DNA of 64,000 bases, taken from Octopus sinensis (taxonomy: Eukaryota). Shown in pieces: positions 49,801-64,000 of this stretch (position 1 is the first letter of the stretch; each line of letters begins with the position of its first letter). The notes beneath the pieces are model-generated. The model was not told the origin of the DNA, searched no databases, and was given only the letters and a program-made list of their open reading frames with translations. Both the position numbers and the translations under genes were made by a program. Location of the stretch: positions 90,644,001-90,708,000 of the forward strand of contig NC_043001.1 in assembly GCF_006345805.1 (NCBI RefSeq), in the 5' to 3' direction.

Positions 49801-52800
49801 TACTGTGGTCTGTTGCTTGCATGGTATGCCAACGTTCCCTCTTTGGCATAGATTGTACCTTGTACAGTTTGAGCAAGCAATGGCAACTCATGGTTCCACA
49901 CTTGGTGTTCCTTACTGGGATTGGACTCAACCAGTGGATCATCTTCCTGAGCTCGTTAGCCATCCTCTTTTTATGGATCCCTCTTCTCACAAGGCTAAAA
50001 AGAACGTCTTCTACTCAGGCGATATCGCATTTGAGCAGAAGGTCACTGCTAGAGCCGTTGATACAAGATTGTTCCAATCTTCAAAGGGAGGAAAGAACTT
50101 CTTATTAGATGGTATTCTCTTAGCTTTAGAGCAAGAAGACTATTGCCATTTCGAAGTTCAGTTTGAAGTTGCTCATAATCCAATCCACTATCTCGTTGGT
50201 GGTCGCTTTGCACATTCAATGTCTAGTTTGGAGTATACTTCATACGATCCACTCTTCTTCTTGCATCATTCGAACGTTGAACGTCTGTTTGTTATTTGGC
50301 AAGCTCTGCAGAAGCATAGAGGTCTTGACGGTAGTGCCAACTGTGGCTTGAACATGTTCCATAAGCCAATGGAACCGTTTGGTCGTGACACCAATCCTAT
50401 TAGTCTTACTAAAGACCACGCCAAGGCTGTTGATTTGTTTGACTACAACGAATTAGGATATGATTATGATGATCTTCACCTCAATGGAATGGATATTCCA
50501 CAGCTAGATACGCTCATGAAAGAACACCAACAGCACCCGAGAGCATTTGCTAATTTCAGATTAGGAGGTATCAAGACCTCTGCCAACGTTCGAGTCGCAG
50601 TTTGTATTCCAACCGATGACAAAAGACACAGCGATAACTGCAACAATCATGTCGGTTCTTTCTTTATTCTTGGTGGTGTACATGAGATGACCTGGAACTT
50701 CGGTTATCCCTTCCTCTTTGAGATTACAGATGTTGTCAAATCTCTCGGTGTTCCTTTGGATGGCAACTATTACATTCATGCTGATGTTACTGCAATTAAT
50801 GGCACTCTCTTACCCGATGGCACAATCCCAAGACCGACTGTCACATATATTCCAGCTCATGACTTTAAAGATGGTAAGTAGAAATCATTTATATATTTAG
50901 AGAATTTTGAGAATTCTGTTTATATTGCCGTATAAACTGAATCTCCAATTACGTTCTAAACATAAAACTGAGTCACCAAATACCCATTGGGTTCATCGTC
51001 ACACCTTAAAATATTTCCAAACGGGAGATTCTTCATCATAGATGCAGAATAATTAAAGTAGGATCGTCAGAATAACAACATCCTTTAGAATCACTTGCTT
51101 AAATTTCATATTTATTTCATTTACTCCTTTTCAACAGCTATTCCTTTTTTTAAAAAACTGTCCAGTTTTCTACCAAATTTTGAAATTTATCTTCCTTTGT
51201 TTGTAACAATAATTCTGTATTATAAAACATGTAAATTTCTCGATTTAATATAAGACGAATACGTTGTAATGGACTTACATGAAAGTGAACCTGTGAAACA
51301 CCAATTATAGTATGAAAGTAATAGATATGATATGATACTTTCTTCAACATATGTTTTTAATTTTTCTTGACAACTTACAAACATTATAAAATGTATGTTT
51401 AACTTATATAACGCTTCTCCCTAGCGTCGTATTATATTGTATATGCCTTAAATCATTATCAAGAGAGGTCTCTTAAAGTGATGTAATTTCATACACAGAC
51501 ATAACTTCATACGCTGAACGGCCAGAGTATTAAAGCCATGTCCTACAAAGTTATATTTATTAATAAAGAACATTTGTCTTTTGCATTCTTCAAAAGTTAT
51601 CTCTTTGACTTTTTTATAGCTGATATGGCACCAGTAGATAAAACTAGTTTAACCGTCCGTAAAGATCTTCGCAGTTTAACGACAGAGGAAGAGCATGAAC
51701 TGAGAGTTGCCATGGAACGTTTCATGGATGATAAATCCATTGACGGTTACCAAGCCTTAGCTGAATTCCATGGTCTTCCAGCGAAATGTCCAGAACCTGA
51801 TGCTATCAACCGTGTTGCATGCTGTGTTCATGGAATGTCCACTTTCCCACACTGGCACAGACTTGTTGTCATGCAGTTTGAAGATGCTCTTATTGCTCGT
51901 GGATCCCAGATAGGTGTTCCTTATTGGGACTGGACGAAACCTAGCTCAGAATTGCCACATCTGGTTGCTGCTGAAACATATGAAGATCCTTACACAAAAG
52001 AAGTAAAACCAAATCCCTTCTTCCATGCACCAGTCGAGTTTTTGCACAATGATGTCTTTACTAAAAGAAGCGTTGATGCAAGGTTTGTAAATTTCATAAT
52101 ATTTTAGATATTGTATCCTGAAATAGCTTCATTCAAACATTTAACAATAAACCTTATTTTTCATCCTCTTCCAAAACCTAGTTTAATTAATAATTGGTAA
52201 TACAGCGTTTCTTCATCAATCACACAGAAATCTTTACGATATCTATAACTACAAAGGTAACAGCTAGGGCCACATGACGCTTTCAAGTTAGTAGATGTCT
52301 TCGGATAAAACATTGGAAATGTGTTATTGTTAAGTGTACAAATTTTAGGTTTGAATTTTTAATTTAATTTCTTCATCAATCACACAGAAACCTTTACGGT
52401 ATCTATAATTACAAAGAATCACATATTTTCAAGTTTCTAGATGTCTTGCGATAAAGCATTACAATTTTTCCAGTAATATAAAACTCAAATATATGTTACT
52501 GAAACTACTTCCCCAAAACGTTTGTGGTATCCTTCAAACACTCTAATATATACTTTTCACCCGGGACAGTATCTTTATTACTATTAAATGTATAAATGTT
52601 AGATCTGAATTTTAAATTTAATAGAAAACTTTAATGTTCCTATCTGTTTACGTCTCAATTCCTCACATTTAATAAATACCGCTGAGAAACGCGCAAAAGA
52701 TGGCGCTAATTCCTTCTAAATACATGTTAAACTACTTACCGGTCATAAATATAAAGCCCTAAATATGTTGTATGAGTTGTATTTTAGTTATTATTCGTAT

Positions 52801-55800
52801 ATGAATCTGTATAGATTTCATTACTTTCATATTTATGATCTGTTTTCATTCTAATTGATTAGATTGTTTGAGAAACCAACAAAAGGACATCACGGATATC
52901 TCTATGACGGTATGATGTTAGCCTTCGAAGAAGAAGATTTCTGTGATTTCGAAGTGCAGTTCGAAGTTACCCATAATGCAATTCATGCTTGGGTTGGTGG
53001 CAATGAACCTTATTCTATGTCGTCTTTGCATTACACGTCATTTGATCCCCTCTTCTGGCTACATCACTCACAAGTTGATAGATTGTGGGCAGTATGGCAA
53101 GCATTGCAGATCCATCGTGGAAAACCCTACAAACCATACTGCGCTCTTTCAGAGGTCCATCGTCCTTTGAAACCATTTGCCTTTGAACCACCACTGAATA
53201 ACAACAAACATACATATCGCCACGCAGTACCAACAGAGGTTTATGATTATCAGTCAGACCTTCATTACACTTATGATACGCTCTTCTTCGGAGGAATGTC
53301 CGTTAGAGAGCTTCAGAGACATATCGAAGAAGACAAGGCTAAAGATCGTGTGTTCGTTGGCTTCCTTTTGATGGGTATCAAAACATCAGCAAATGTTGAC
53401 ATCACTGTCGATAGTGCAGGTAACACATACAATGCTGGATCAATAACAATCCTTGGAGGCAGCAAAGAGATGGAATGGAGATTTGATCGACTTTACAAGT
53501 ATGAAATTACTGGAGCACTAGCTGAACTTGGTGTAGATATGCGCGCTGATTATAGCATAACCTTACAAATTACCGATATCAATGGAACAGCTCTTCCATC
53601 CACCGCAATTCCAGATCCAATTGTGATATTCACTCCAGGAAAAAGTAAGTGCTCTGAAATGTCTTCTCATTCTTGATTTATTCATAAAAATATATTCTAA
53701 ATATCAAACTAGATATAAACTGTATTCACCACACTCACTCGTTTTTATTATAATTTGATTTTGTTAATAACATTCTCATTGAAGTTAATTTTAATTTCAT
53801 AAACATAACAGGTTCAAGAATCTCATGACGATTTTGTTTTGGATTTTTTTCAGAGGAATCAGACGTTGTCTTTGACGAATTATATCGTTCCAGACGAGAC
53901 GTTTCTTCATTGACCCATGCAGATATGAATACACTGAGGAAGGCTTTACAAGCTTACGAAGACGATAAAAGTCCCAATGGATATCAGCAAGTAGCTGCTT
54001 TCCACGGTTCCACACAATGGTGTCCTAGCCCTGATGCTGCAGTCAAATATGCTTGCTGTCACCACGGAATGGCAACATTCCCTCATTGGCATAGATTGCT
54101 GACAATCAACTTTGAAAACGGTCTGCGAAGAAATGGTTATCAAAATGGTATTCCTTACTGGGATTGGACTCGCCCGATTTCGGAACTGCCTGCTCTGGTA
54201 AAAGAAGAAACATATCTTGATGAAAATGGGGAAGCTCACCCGAATCCATTCTTTAGTGGCGTTATTGATGAAGCTGGTGCTCAAACCACCCGAGCTCTTA
54301 ATCCAGAGCTATTTGTTCAACCTCCTTTCGGAGAATTCACTCCCTTGGCAAATGAAGTTATGTACGCTTTAGAACAAGAAGACTTTTGTTCGTTCGAAGT
54401 ACAATTCGAAATTGCTCATAATCACATCCATGCACTTGTTGGAGGTGGAGAACAGTATTCTATGTCATCACTTGAATACACAGCCTACGATCCTCTTTTC
54501 ATACTTCACCATTCAAATGTTGATAGAGTTTGGGCCATTTGGCAAGCTCTGCAAAAGTTCCGAGGACATCGATACAACAGTGCTAACTGTGCTATTGAAA
54601 CTCTACGTAAACCAATGTCTCCTTTTAGTCTCACCAGTGACATCAATGTTGATTCAATGACTCGAGAACATTCAGTTCCTTTTGATGTGTTTGATTACAA
54701 GAAGAATTTCCATTACGAATATGATGTTCTTGAATTGAATGGATTATCTATTCCAAAGTTACACAGAGAAATTAACAGACGTCGTATGAAGGGTCGCGTT
54801 TTCGCTACTTTCATGCTCGAAGGTATTAAACAGTCTGCATTAGTTGAATACTATATCAGGGCTCATGGTGCTACTGATCAGGTGAAAGCTGGAGAATTTT
54901 ATGTTCTGGGTAGTGCTAACGAAATGCCTTGGAAATTTGACCGAGTTTACAAAGCTGATATCACGAAGCAGATGAAGGAAGCACATCTACATTATAACGA
55001 CCAATATCACATCGAATATCACGTGAAAGACTTGGCTGGAGCTGAAATAGCCGATGTTAATCTTGAACCTGCAATTGTCTACGAACCAGGTCTTGGTAAG
55101 TATCCATTATTAAATGTAGAAGTAAAAAAAATTAATGATATAAGTTATTTTTCTCGAACGCTTATGTTTTATCATTAATTCCTTATATTAAGAAAATATT
55201 AATATAACATACGAAATACAACAAAAACATTTAACTAATTCAGTTAACCAATTTTCTTATTTTCTACAGGTGATTTCGGCGAGGTGGGTGTATGGGTTGA
55301 ACCTGTAACCAGTGCAAACCGAATTAGAAAGAATCTCAACAGTCTTACTACCGGCCATATCGAATCACTGAGAAATGCTTTCAAAGATATGAAAAATGAT
55401 GGTAGATACGAAGAAATTGCCGCATTCCACGGATTGCCGGCTCAGTGTCCTAACAAAGATGGTAGTAAAGTATATACATGTTGTATACATGGAATGCCAA
55501 CTTTTCCACACTGGCATAGATTATATGTTGCTCTAGTAGAGAACGAATTATTAGCCAGAGGTTCCGGTGTAGCTGTACCTTATTGGGATTGGATACAACC
55601 ATTTGATCATCTTCCAGCTTTGGTCAATGAAGCCACTTACTACAATTCAAGAACGCTTCACATCGAACCAAATCCATTCTTTAAAGGAAAGATTTCTTTC
55701 TTAAATTCGGAAACCAATCGAGATCCACAACCTAAATTATTTGGTAACAAATACCTTTACGAACACACACTTTTCGTCTTGGAACAGACTGACTTCTGTG

Positions 55801-58800
55801 AGTTTGAAGTCCAGTTTGAAGTACTTCACAATACTATCCACTCGTGGCTCGGTGGCCGTGATCCTCACTCTATGTCGTCGCTGGATTTTACAGCTTATGA
55901 TCCAATCTTCTTCCTTCATCATAGTAATATTGATAGGATATGGGCAATTTGGCAAGAATTACAACGTTACCGAAAGCTACCTTACAATGAAGCTAATTGC
56001 GCATTGCCTCTGCTTAATGTACCTATGCGACCATTCAGTAACACTACTGCAAATCATGATCGGATTACACTCACTCATAGCACTCCAAATGATGTCTTTG
56101 ACTATCAAAATGTTTTACACTACAAATATGACACTTTGTCCTTCTTTGATCTCACTATTACCCAGTTGGAACATCTTATTGAAGAGAGAAAGGCTCATGA
56201 CAGGATTTTTGCTGGATTCTTGCTTCATGGTGTCAAAGCTTCGGCTGACGTACACATATACATTTGTGTACCTACTTCTAAGCATGAAGAAAACTGTGCT
56301 CACGAAGCTGGTGTCTTCTCTGTCTTGGGAGGAGAGTCCGAAATGCCATGGCAATTTGACCGTTCCTTCCGATATGAAATAACAGATCAGCTGAAGTTGT
56401 TAGGTCTCAACCAAAACAGCCATTTCCGTGTTAAAACTGAAGTCATAGCTGTCAATGGATCATCAATCCATGCTAACATTTTCCCAAATCCAACTATTAT
56501 TTATGTTCCAAAACAAGGTAAGAGATATATTTTTTTTCTATTTTTATTCCATTTCCATTTTTATTCCAATCTCAAGCACAGAATGCGACGGCCTATTGTT
56601 CTGATGGCATTTGCAGCTGTTTGAGTCAACAGAAAATTCATTATTCATCCAATAACCTAGCATAGTTTTTTCTGAAGTGAAGAGCTTTTTCATGACTAAG
56701 ATCATTACGAGCTAACGAGGCACTTCTCAGTTTTTTCCCCTGTGATCTCTACTTACAGTTATGTATTATATGGCAGTTAGGCAGTTATTACTTGTTCCAT
56801 TTGTTTTATGAAAGTTTACGAGACTAAGTGACAAACAATAGCATACGGTCTCACTTTTCTATTTAAGGAGTAATCTGCATATGTTAATTCTAAATAATCT
56901 AATATATTAATTCTACATAATAAGTAACAATAACTCTATTCCAATATCTTTTCAGGTCATTTAGCTGACTTCAAACATGAAGAAAGCAATGGAAATCTTG
57001 TACGAAAGAATGTTGAACGACTCTCTTTGTCTGAGATGAATTCATTGGTACATGCTCTCAAAAGAATGCAGAAAGACAAGTCATCTGACGGTTTTGAAGC
57101 AATCGCATCATTCCATGCTCTGCCTCCTCTTTGCCCAAATCCGACTGCCAAACATAGACACGCTTGTTGTCTTCATGGTATGGCTACGTTCCCTCACTGG
57201 CACAGGCTCTTCGTCGTTCAGTTTGAACAAGCTTTACATAGACATGGAGCTACAGTTGGTGTTCCTTATTGGGATTGGACCCGTCCTATTTCAGAGATTC
57301 CTGCTTTCATAGCCTCTGAGATGTATTCTGACCCTTTCACTAAGATAGAATCGCATAACCCATTTAATCATGGTCATATTTCTTTCATCAGTGAAGACAC
57401 TATGACTAAACGTGAGGTCAGCGAATATTTGTACGAACATCCTGTATTGGGAAAACAGACATGGCTCTTTGATAACATCGCTTTAGCTTTGGAACAGACT
57501 GATTATTGTGATTTCGAAATACAATTAGAGATTGTTCACAATGCCATTCACTCTTGGATCGGTGGAAAAGAAGAACTTTCCTTGAACCATTTGCATTATG
57601 CAGCCTATGATCCATTATTTTTCCTACATCATTCTAATGTCGATAGATTGTGGGTTATTTGGCAAGAACTGCAGAAGCTGAGAGGTCTCAGTGCCTATGA
57701 ATCTCATTGTGCTCTTGAGCTTATGAAAGTCCCATTGAAACCGTTCTCCTTCGGAGCCCCTTACAATTTGAATGCACTCACCACTAAATTGTCCAAACCT
57801 GAAGACATGTTCAGATACAAAGACAACTTCCATTATGAATACGACATCCTAGATACTAACAGTATGTCTATTAATCAGATAGAGGCATATATCAGACACC
57901 AAAGAGAACACGATCGTGTTTTTGCTGGTTTTTTGTTGAGTGGATTTGGTTCATCAGCATATGCAACATTTGAGGTAAGTATAGAGACAAATCTTATTAT
58001 TTATCGAAAGAATTCTAAAACAATATCAGGTTTCTAAAATTATTTGCCAAAACCTTATTTAAGAATTGCATTAAATTTGTTTTTTCATAAAATATAAAAG
58101 ATTAAAGAAATTACTGAATACTGTAACACTTCCTTTTCTCAATTTTATAATTAGATTCCACCCAATTTCGGAGATATAAAATTTAATATATAAATGAATA
58201 TTGAGATAATTATTCCACATTTTTCTTAAATGGATAATGTAATATAATTATTAGTACATCTTAGGTAAATTAATGACCTGTGTACATAAATATATAAAGA
58301 GTGTATATATTTCGTCTCTCTTTTGATGTATTTTAGATCTGCGTTGAAGAAGGAGAATGTCACGAAGGAAGTCACTTTGCTGTGCTTGGAGGCAGTACAG
58401 AAATGCCATGGGCCTTTGACCGTCTCTATAAGATAGAAATTACTGATGTTCTTGCTAATAATAATTTAGCTTTCGATTCACCTTTCACAATTAAGACGAA
58501 AATAGTTGCTCAAAATGGAACCGAATTGCCAGCAGGCATTCTTCCTGAAGCAACTGTAGTAAGGATCCCACCAGCCAGTAAGTGCCTTTGCTTCCTATAA
58601 TATATAAATACAAATATTTATGCATAAACAGGTCGACATTTCACACTAATTTTCTATTCTTTCAATTATCTTTTCAGAGAAAGACATTGATGTTGACATT
58701 CCACTAAATCATATCCGACGAAATGTTGATTCTTTGGACGAAAGAGATATCCAGAATCTTATGGCAGCACTTACACGTGTTAAGGAAGACAAAAGTGACC

Positions 58801-61651
58801 ATGGATTCCAGACTATCGCTGGTTATCATGGTTCAACGATGTGTCCTAGTCCAGATGACCCAAAATATGCCTGTTGCCTACATGGAATGCCAGTCTTCCC
58901 ACATTGGCATCGTGTTTATTTGTTACATTTTGAAGATTCTATGCGCCGACATGGCTCCAGTGTTGCCACTCCTTATTGGGACTGGACAGATAAGCTTACG
59001 AAACTGCCCAGACTTTTAGGAGATCCTGACTACTATGATGCTTGGACTGATAACGTAATCGAGAATCCTTTCCTTAGAGGCTACATTGAACATGAAGACA
59101 CCTACACAGTCAGAGACATAAGACCGGAACTATTTGAAATCAGTGGAGGAGAGGGATCTACACTTTACAGACAAGTACTTCTCATGCTTGAACAAGAAGA
59201 CTATTGCGACTTCGAAGTGCAATTTGAAGTTGTTCATAACTCTATTCACTATCTTGTTGGTGGTCACCAGAAATATGCCATGTCCAGTTTGGTTTATAGT
59301 TCCTTTGATCCTCTCTTCTACATTCATCATTCAATGGTAAATAGCAAATAATTCATATATTTACCTTCATTTCTAATAATATTGTCTTTCTTTCCATAGT
59401 TTTCAAAATTATAATATTATGAAGTAAAATTAAATCTTCTTTCATTATACTACAATCTGCAAAGATCAACATCTTCTAACAGTCGCTCGTATATTACAGT
59501 CAGTTGGAACGAATATATTTTATACATAGCTTGCTTGATTCACTTTGTTATTTCATCACATATTTTGGTGACGTTTTAAGTGATTTTCATCATGTAAAGA
59601 TCATTGTATCATTGTTCCGCCATAGAAGGACGTTTTTCCTATCTTTTCTTTCTCATTAAATTCAGGTTGATCGTCTCTGGGCTATTTGGCAAGCTCTCCA
59701 GGAACACAGAAAATTACCTTATGATAAAGCTTACTGTGCCCTAGAGCAACTGTCATTCCCGATGAAGCCGTTTTCTTGGGAAACCAACCCGAATCTACAT
59801 ACACGAGCTGCAGCAACACCACAGCATCTATTTAACTACCATAAACTTGGTTATAAATATGATAATCTTGACTTCCATGGAATGGATATTGATCAGTTGG
59901 AGAAGACTATTCATAAACGCCAGAGCACAGACAGAGTTTTTGCTTCATTCTTACTTTTTGGCATCAAAACTTCAGCTGATGTCCATTTGAAACTCTGCAA
60001 AGACACAACTTGTGAAGACGCTGGTGTGGTCTTTGTACTTGGTGGCGACAATGAAATGCCATGGCATTTTGATAGAACATACAAGATGGATATTACTCAT
60101 GTTATCCATAAAATGCATATTCCTCTGGAAGACCTGTACGTTCACGGAAGCACTATTCACCTTGAAGTTGTAATTGAAACAGTTGATGGAAAAGTATTAG
60201 ATTCCAGTTCTTTACCTGCTCCTACAATGATATATGTCCCAGCTAAAGGTTCGATTAATATTACATTCTCTTTTTAACCTTTTCTGTTATTTTAACCTTA
60301 CATCAAATATTAGGTTATTTATTTCATTTAACTGTTGTAATTATTACTGCCTATGTCTATCCATATATTCTTATTTTGTAATAAATCGTTTTAGCTCTCT
60401 TGTTTAAAACAGATATTCATTTTTTATTCTTCAACAGATTTCGAAGAAGAGGAACGGAAGCAAGTCGTGAAAGGTACCCTAATGAGAAAGAATGTCAATA
60501 GTTTGACTCCATCTGACATCAAAGACCTAAGAGACGCCTTAGCTAAAGTACAAGCTGACTCTTCTGACAATGGTTACCAGAAAATTGCTTCTTATCACGG
60601 AATGCCTCTCAGTTGTCATTATCCCAACGGCACAGCTTACGCATGTTGTCAACATGGAATGGTAACTTTCCCTCACTGGCATAGATTGTTAGTTAAACAA
60701 ATGGAAGACGCTTTAATTGCTCATGGTTCTCACACTGGTATTCCCTACTGGGACTGGACAACTACTTTCGCTCATTTACCTGTACTGGTCACTGAGGAGA
60801 AAAATAACCCCTTCCACCATGCTCATATCGATGTTGCTAATAAAGATACAACCAGAGCACCGAGAGCTCAACTTTTTGATGATCCAGAAAAAGGAGATAA
60901 ATCATTCTTCTACCGCCAGATAGCACTTGCTCTGGAACAAACAGATTTCTGTGATTTTGAAGTCCAATTCGAAATCGGCCATAATGCTATCCATTCTTGG
61001 GTTGGAGGTAGTACTCCATATGGTATGTCAACCCTTCACTATACTTCCTATGATCCTCTCTTCTACCTTCATCACTCCAATACTGACCGTATTTGGGCTG
61101 TATGGCAAGCATTACAGAAGTATCGAGGATTGCCTTACAATTCTGCCAACTGTGAAATCAACAAACTTGCTAAGCCACTGAAGCCGTTCAACTTGGATAG
61201 CAATCATAACGCTGTTACAAAGGCTCATTCAACTGGCAATAAAGCTTTCGATTACCATGAACTTGGTTATGATTATGACAATCTTAATTTCCATGGTATG
61301 ACCATTCCTGAATTGGAAGAACACCTTAAAGAAATACAACATGAAGACAGAGTATTTGCTGGTTTCTTACTTCGTACCATTGGTCAATCTGCTGATGTCA
61401 ATTTCGACATCTGCACCAAAAATGGCGAATGTACATTTGGAGGTACGTTCTGTATTCTCGGTGGAGAACATGAGATGTTCTGGGCATTTGACCGTCTTTT
61501 TAAATATGATATCACCTCAAGTCTGAATAAACTACGTTTACATGCTCATGATGATTTCGAAATAAAGGTTACTATTAAAGCTATCGATGGTCATACCTTA
61601 CCAAATAAGTACCTCACTCCTCCCACGATTTTCTTTGTTCCGGCTAAATAA
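46815..61651 (+). CDS. Hc: Molluscan hemocyanin gene 2, complete: signal peptide plus FU-a to FU-g, 12 exons, 8751 nt, about 2916 aa
   Basis: All exons join in frame with GT-AG sites; seven FUs as in octopod hemocyanin (no duplicated d* unit). Confidence 0.96.
46935..48190 (+). mobile_element. Cluster of about 6 SINE family 1 copies in Hc gene 2 intron 1
   Basis: Repeated A/B boxes and core; Tx1-like tails at about 47578-47638 and 47762-47810. Confidence 0.8.
48349..48376 (+). CDS. Hc: Hc gene 2 exon 2: 28-nt micro-exon FWLCGHIAE-G
   Basis: ttttag|TTC...GAAG|gtatta; phase 0 in and phase 1 out, joining exon 1 to G-NLIRK of FU-a. Confidence 0.83.
49641..50873 (+). CDS. Hc: Hc gene 2 exon 3: FU-a
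   Basis: tttcag|GTAAT (NLIRKSVETL...), donor GATG|gtaagt. Confidence 0.94.
51620..52082 (+). CDS. Hc: Hc gene 2 exon 4: FU-b part 1
   Basis: tatag|CTGAT (ADMAPVDK), donor GCAAG|gtttgt, phase 2. Confidence 0.92.
52863..53644 (+). CDS. Hc: Hc gene 2 exon 5: FU-b part 2
   Basis: attag|ATTGTTT (RLFEKP), donor AAAA|gtaagt. Confidence 0.92.
53854..55095 (+). CDS. Hc: Hc gene 2 exon 6: FU-c
   Basis: tttcag|AGGAATCA (KESDVVFDELYRSRR), donor CTTG|gtaagt. Confidence 0.94.
55270..56517 (+). CDS. Hc: Hc gene 2 exon 7: FU-d
   Basis: Paralogous to 496-1743. Confidence 0.94.
56956..57974 (+). CDS. Hc: Hc gene 2 exon 8: FU-e part 1
   Basis: Paralogous to 2164-3182. Confidence 0.94.
58337..58577 (+). CDS. 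Hc: Hc gene 2 exon 9: FU-e part 2
   Basis: Paralogous to 3545-3785. Confidence 0.93.
58678..59336 (+). CDS. Hc: Hc gene 2 exon 10: FU-f part 1
   Basis: Paralogous to 3886-4544. Confidence 0.93.
59666..60248 (+). CDS. Hc: Hc gene 2 exon 11: FU-f part 2
   Basis: Paralogous to 4874-5456; donor AAAG|gttcga. Confidence 0.93.
60438..61651 (+). CDS. Hc: Hc gene 2 exon 12: FU-g
   Basis: caacag|ATTTC (DFEEEERKQVVKGTLMRK) to FVPAK stop. Confidence 0.94.
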
Positions 61652-61754
61652 TATTATTAAGTGATGTAATCATTCATATGATTTAGTAAATCTGTACATT
61701 TTTTCTCATTGATAATGAAGAATTTCTTTTTAGTTACTTTGTACATTTTCAATC

Positions 61755-61760
61755 AATAAA
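61755..61760 (+). terminator. Polyadenylation signal of Hc gene 2
   Basis: AATAAA about 100 nt after the stop. Confidence 0.6.
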
Positions 61761-62524
61761 TGATATATCCAGCGAAGAGCATTTTGTCATCTTTCTTTTT
61801 GTCTTTTGTATTATTATATTCTTGGACATTTCTTGCTTTTGTTAACGGCATGTTTTTAACGCAGCGTTAATAGAGACATTGTATTACATATATATTTTTT
61901 TTTCATGGAATCACGATATAATTACTTTGTTTAAACGATTCAAGGAATCAAAGCTCGAGAAGGAGCTTTGACTCATAAGCCGATGTTTCAGATTCTATAG
62001 TGTAATTCTGGACGAAATGCCGGTCCGTCGCAAGATTACTCATTTTTCCCATCAGAGTGTGCTGGAACAACGTGAAATGAAATGTTTTGCTCAAGAACTC
62101 GAGGCATCACCCAGTCCAGCCAAAGAAACCACAATCTCGCAATCATGAATGCCATACCCTAACCACTGCATCTTTACCTTTAAATGACTACCGCGTGTCT
62201 TTAATTTTCCATTCTGTGTGTAGTGCACAAGTTAAAGCATTTTAGTTTGGACTTTGTAATGAAAGAGGAATTCAAAAAGATACTCGGCATTACGCGTGGA
62301 CAGGAGATAAAATATTCTGTATTTGGCTAATTAGTTAAATTTGAAATCATGGTAATTCTGCAAAAATATATTATTTCAAACATAGCGTTTATATATCTTC
62401 CATAGGGAGTTATTTTACGCTAAAAAAAGTCTTACGAAATAAATTAACCGTTGTTACAAATAGTTGTTTATAATTTTGGCCTTGTGCCTAAATTAGGAAA
62501 ATACACTAAGATATTCCCGTTGTG

Positions 62525-63243
62525 ACAATCTTACTATAATGGGCATCATGTCCATCTGTCTGTCCGTCTGTCTGTTCCCCCTTCACGGTCAAGCGGCTGG
62601 ACCAATGGTCACGATGTTTTTCTGGATTACGAAGTGGGTAATCAGGAAGGCTTTTAGCGAAAAAAATGTGAAAAAATTATGACTATTTAGTGAATATTGA
62701 GCTTTGTATTAATAAATCACCTTAGATTTTTTTGTTAAAATTCCGGCGACGAGGATTGACTCTGGATTCCCCGCCTCTGGTATAGTTCGTAAATTTAGAG
62801 GGTTTAGATTTGTGATACTATCCCCTTATTTCCCATCGTAAATGGGCAGATTTGCGATCTTACTATAATGGGCGTTATGTCCCTCTGTTTGTCCGTCTTT
62901 TTGTCTGTTCCCTCTTCACGGCCAGACGGCCGGACCAATGGTTACGATATTTTTCGGGATTACAAAGACGGTCGTCAGGAAAGTTTTTAGCATTAAAAAA
63001 TCTGAAAATATGATTATTTCGTGGATATAGATTTTTGAATTGATAGAACAGTGAGAGGTAAGTCTTAGTTTGATTTTTTGCAACCCTAAAGATTCCGCTC
63101 GCGCTTTCACAGCAAACAAGGCACAGGGCCATACTTTAGATCGTATATGTGTATTTTTACCCACTTCGATATTTACACACGGCCAGTTATACGTTGCTAT
63201 GAGTAGAGCAACGGACTCCAGTAATTTAAAAATTAAATCCTAA
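62525..63243 (+). mobile_element. Helitron remnant: two tandem 5'-end-like units plus PIF1-type helicase C-terminus
   Basis: ATCTTACTATAATGGGC...GTCCGTCT units at about 62527 and 62857; 63103-63243 reads AFTANKAQGHTLDR...HGQLYVAMSR. Confidence 0.7.
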
Positions 63244-63559
63244 CCCTAAATTCCTTCCAAAAGGTATCTGCTGACATGGAGAGATGGGAACGAACTGCCG
63301 GTATCCAACAAGATAAGACAAAACCAAACCCAGAGGGACTTGCATTTCCTCACAGACCTGCAGTGAAGACCACTGAAAGTCTGAATGCAGAAGCATTGCC
63401 AGCTGCAACCATAAAACAGAAGCCTTTAAGTGTAGAAAAGAACATAGAGCAGTAGCTGGCATGGTTGCAAACAAAACTAAGCCATGCACACCCTCACATA
63501 CAAGACTGCCTCAAATAATAGACCCAGAATGGTCACCTTTGCTGCAAAGCCGGCAATCA

Positions 63560-64000
63560 CACCAATTCTTCTGATAAGTACCGAGGCCTCTTACAAAACA
63601 ACAGTAAGCGCAAAATTGCATACCTGAGACATCTTTCTGAATGCAGTCAAGCAATATGCATTGCACTTACGAAGACATCTGTCTGCAGATACAAATGATG
63701 CAGAAATACACATACTGGTGTATGTTGTATTCCGTGCAGACAGAAGAAAAGTTACGATGGAGTTGCACTGTACATCAGTAAAAATGTCACACCACTAACC
63801 CTGTTGTCACATTCAAACTCGGTCTGTGACGCACTCGTACAGCATTTAAAACAACTTGATATGGTAATATGCACGTTATGTATCTTATCCGATGCCTCAA
63901 AATCACGATGGCAAATTTGAGGAAAACTTTTTTAATGTACTTCTGATGGGTAACTTCAACTTCCCAAACATCAGTTGGTCAGAAGACAGCATAATTTTTG
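63560..64000 (+). mobile_element. Degenerate LINE AP-endonuclease fragment (CR1/L2-like)
   Basis: Remnants DAEIHI..YVVFRADRRK, GVALYI, LMGNFNFPNISW. Confidence 0.6.

Overview
Cephalopod (Octopus-like) genomic DNA with two tandem + strand molluscan hemocyanin genes separated by about 40 kb of transposon-dense spacer. Gene 1 is partial (FU-d to FU-g, 496-6857). Gene 2 is complete: a TATA/Inr promoter, two signal-peptide micro-exons absent from the ORF track, and seven functional units a-g over 12 exons (46815-61651, about 2916 aa). The two genes are nearly identical across FU-d to FU-f, introns included, but diverge at FU-g, which suggests gene conversion. The spacer holds several nests of apparently target-specific elements. 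The most striking is a 12-kb head-to-tail array (20.6-32.5 kb, - strand) of six L1/Tx1-related units: one ORF1+ORF2 element, four ORF1-only units with CCHC knuckles from diverged families, and one 5'-truncated tail. Every junction carries CATCGATAC(T/C)C. The 3' terminal stem-loop and AATAAA of these units is shared with an abundant tRNA-derived SINE in the same window. The spacer also has R4/Dong elements in (TAA)n tracts, a microsatellite fold-back palindrome, a near-complete Penelope-like element with a minimal hammerhead motif in each terminal repeat, an RTE with a long flanking duplication, and mariner, MITE and Helitron remnants. All family assignments come from recognised motifs, not database searches.
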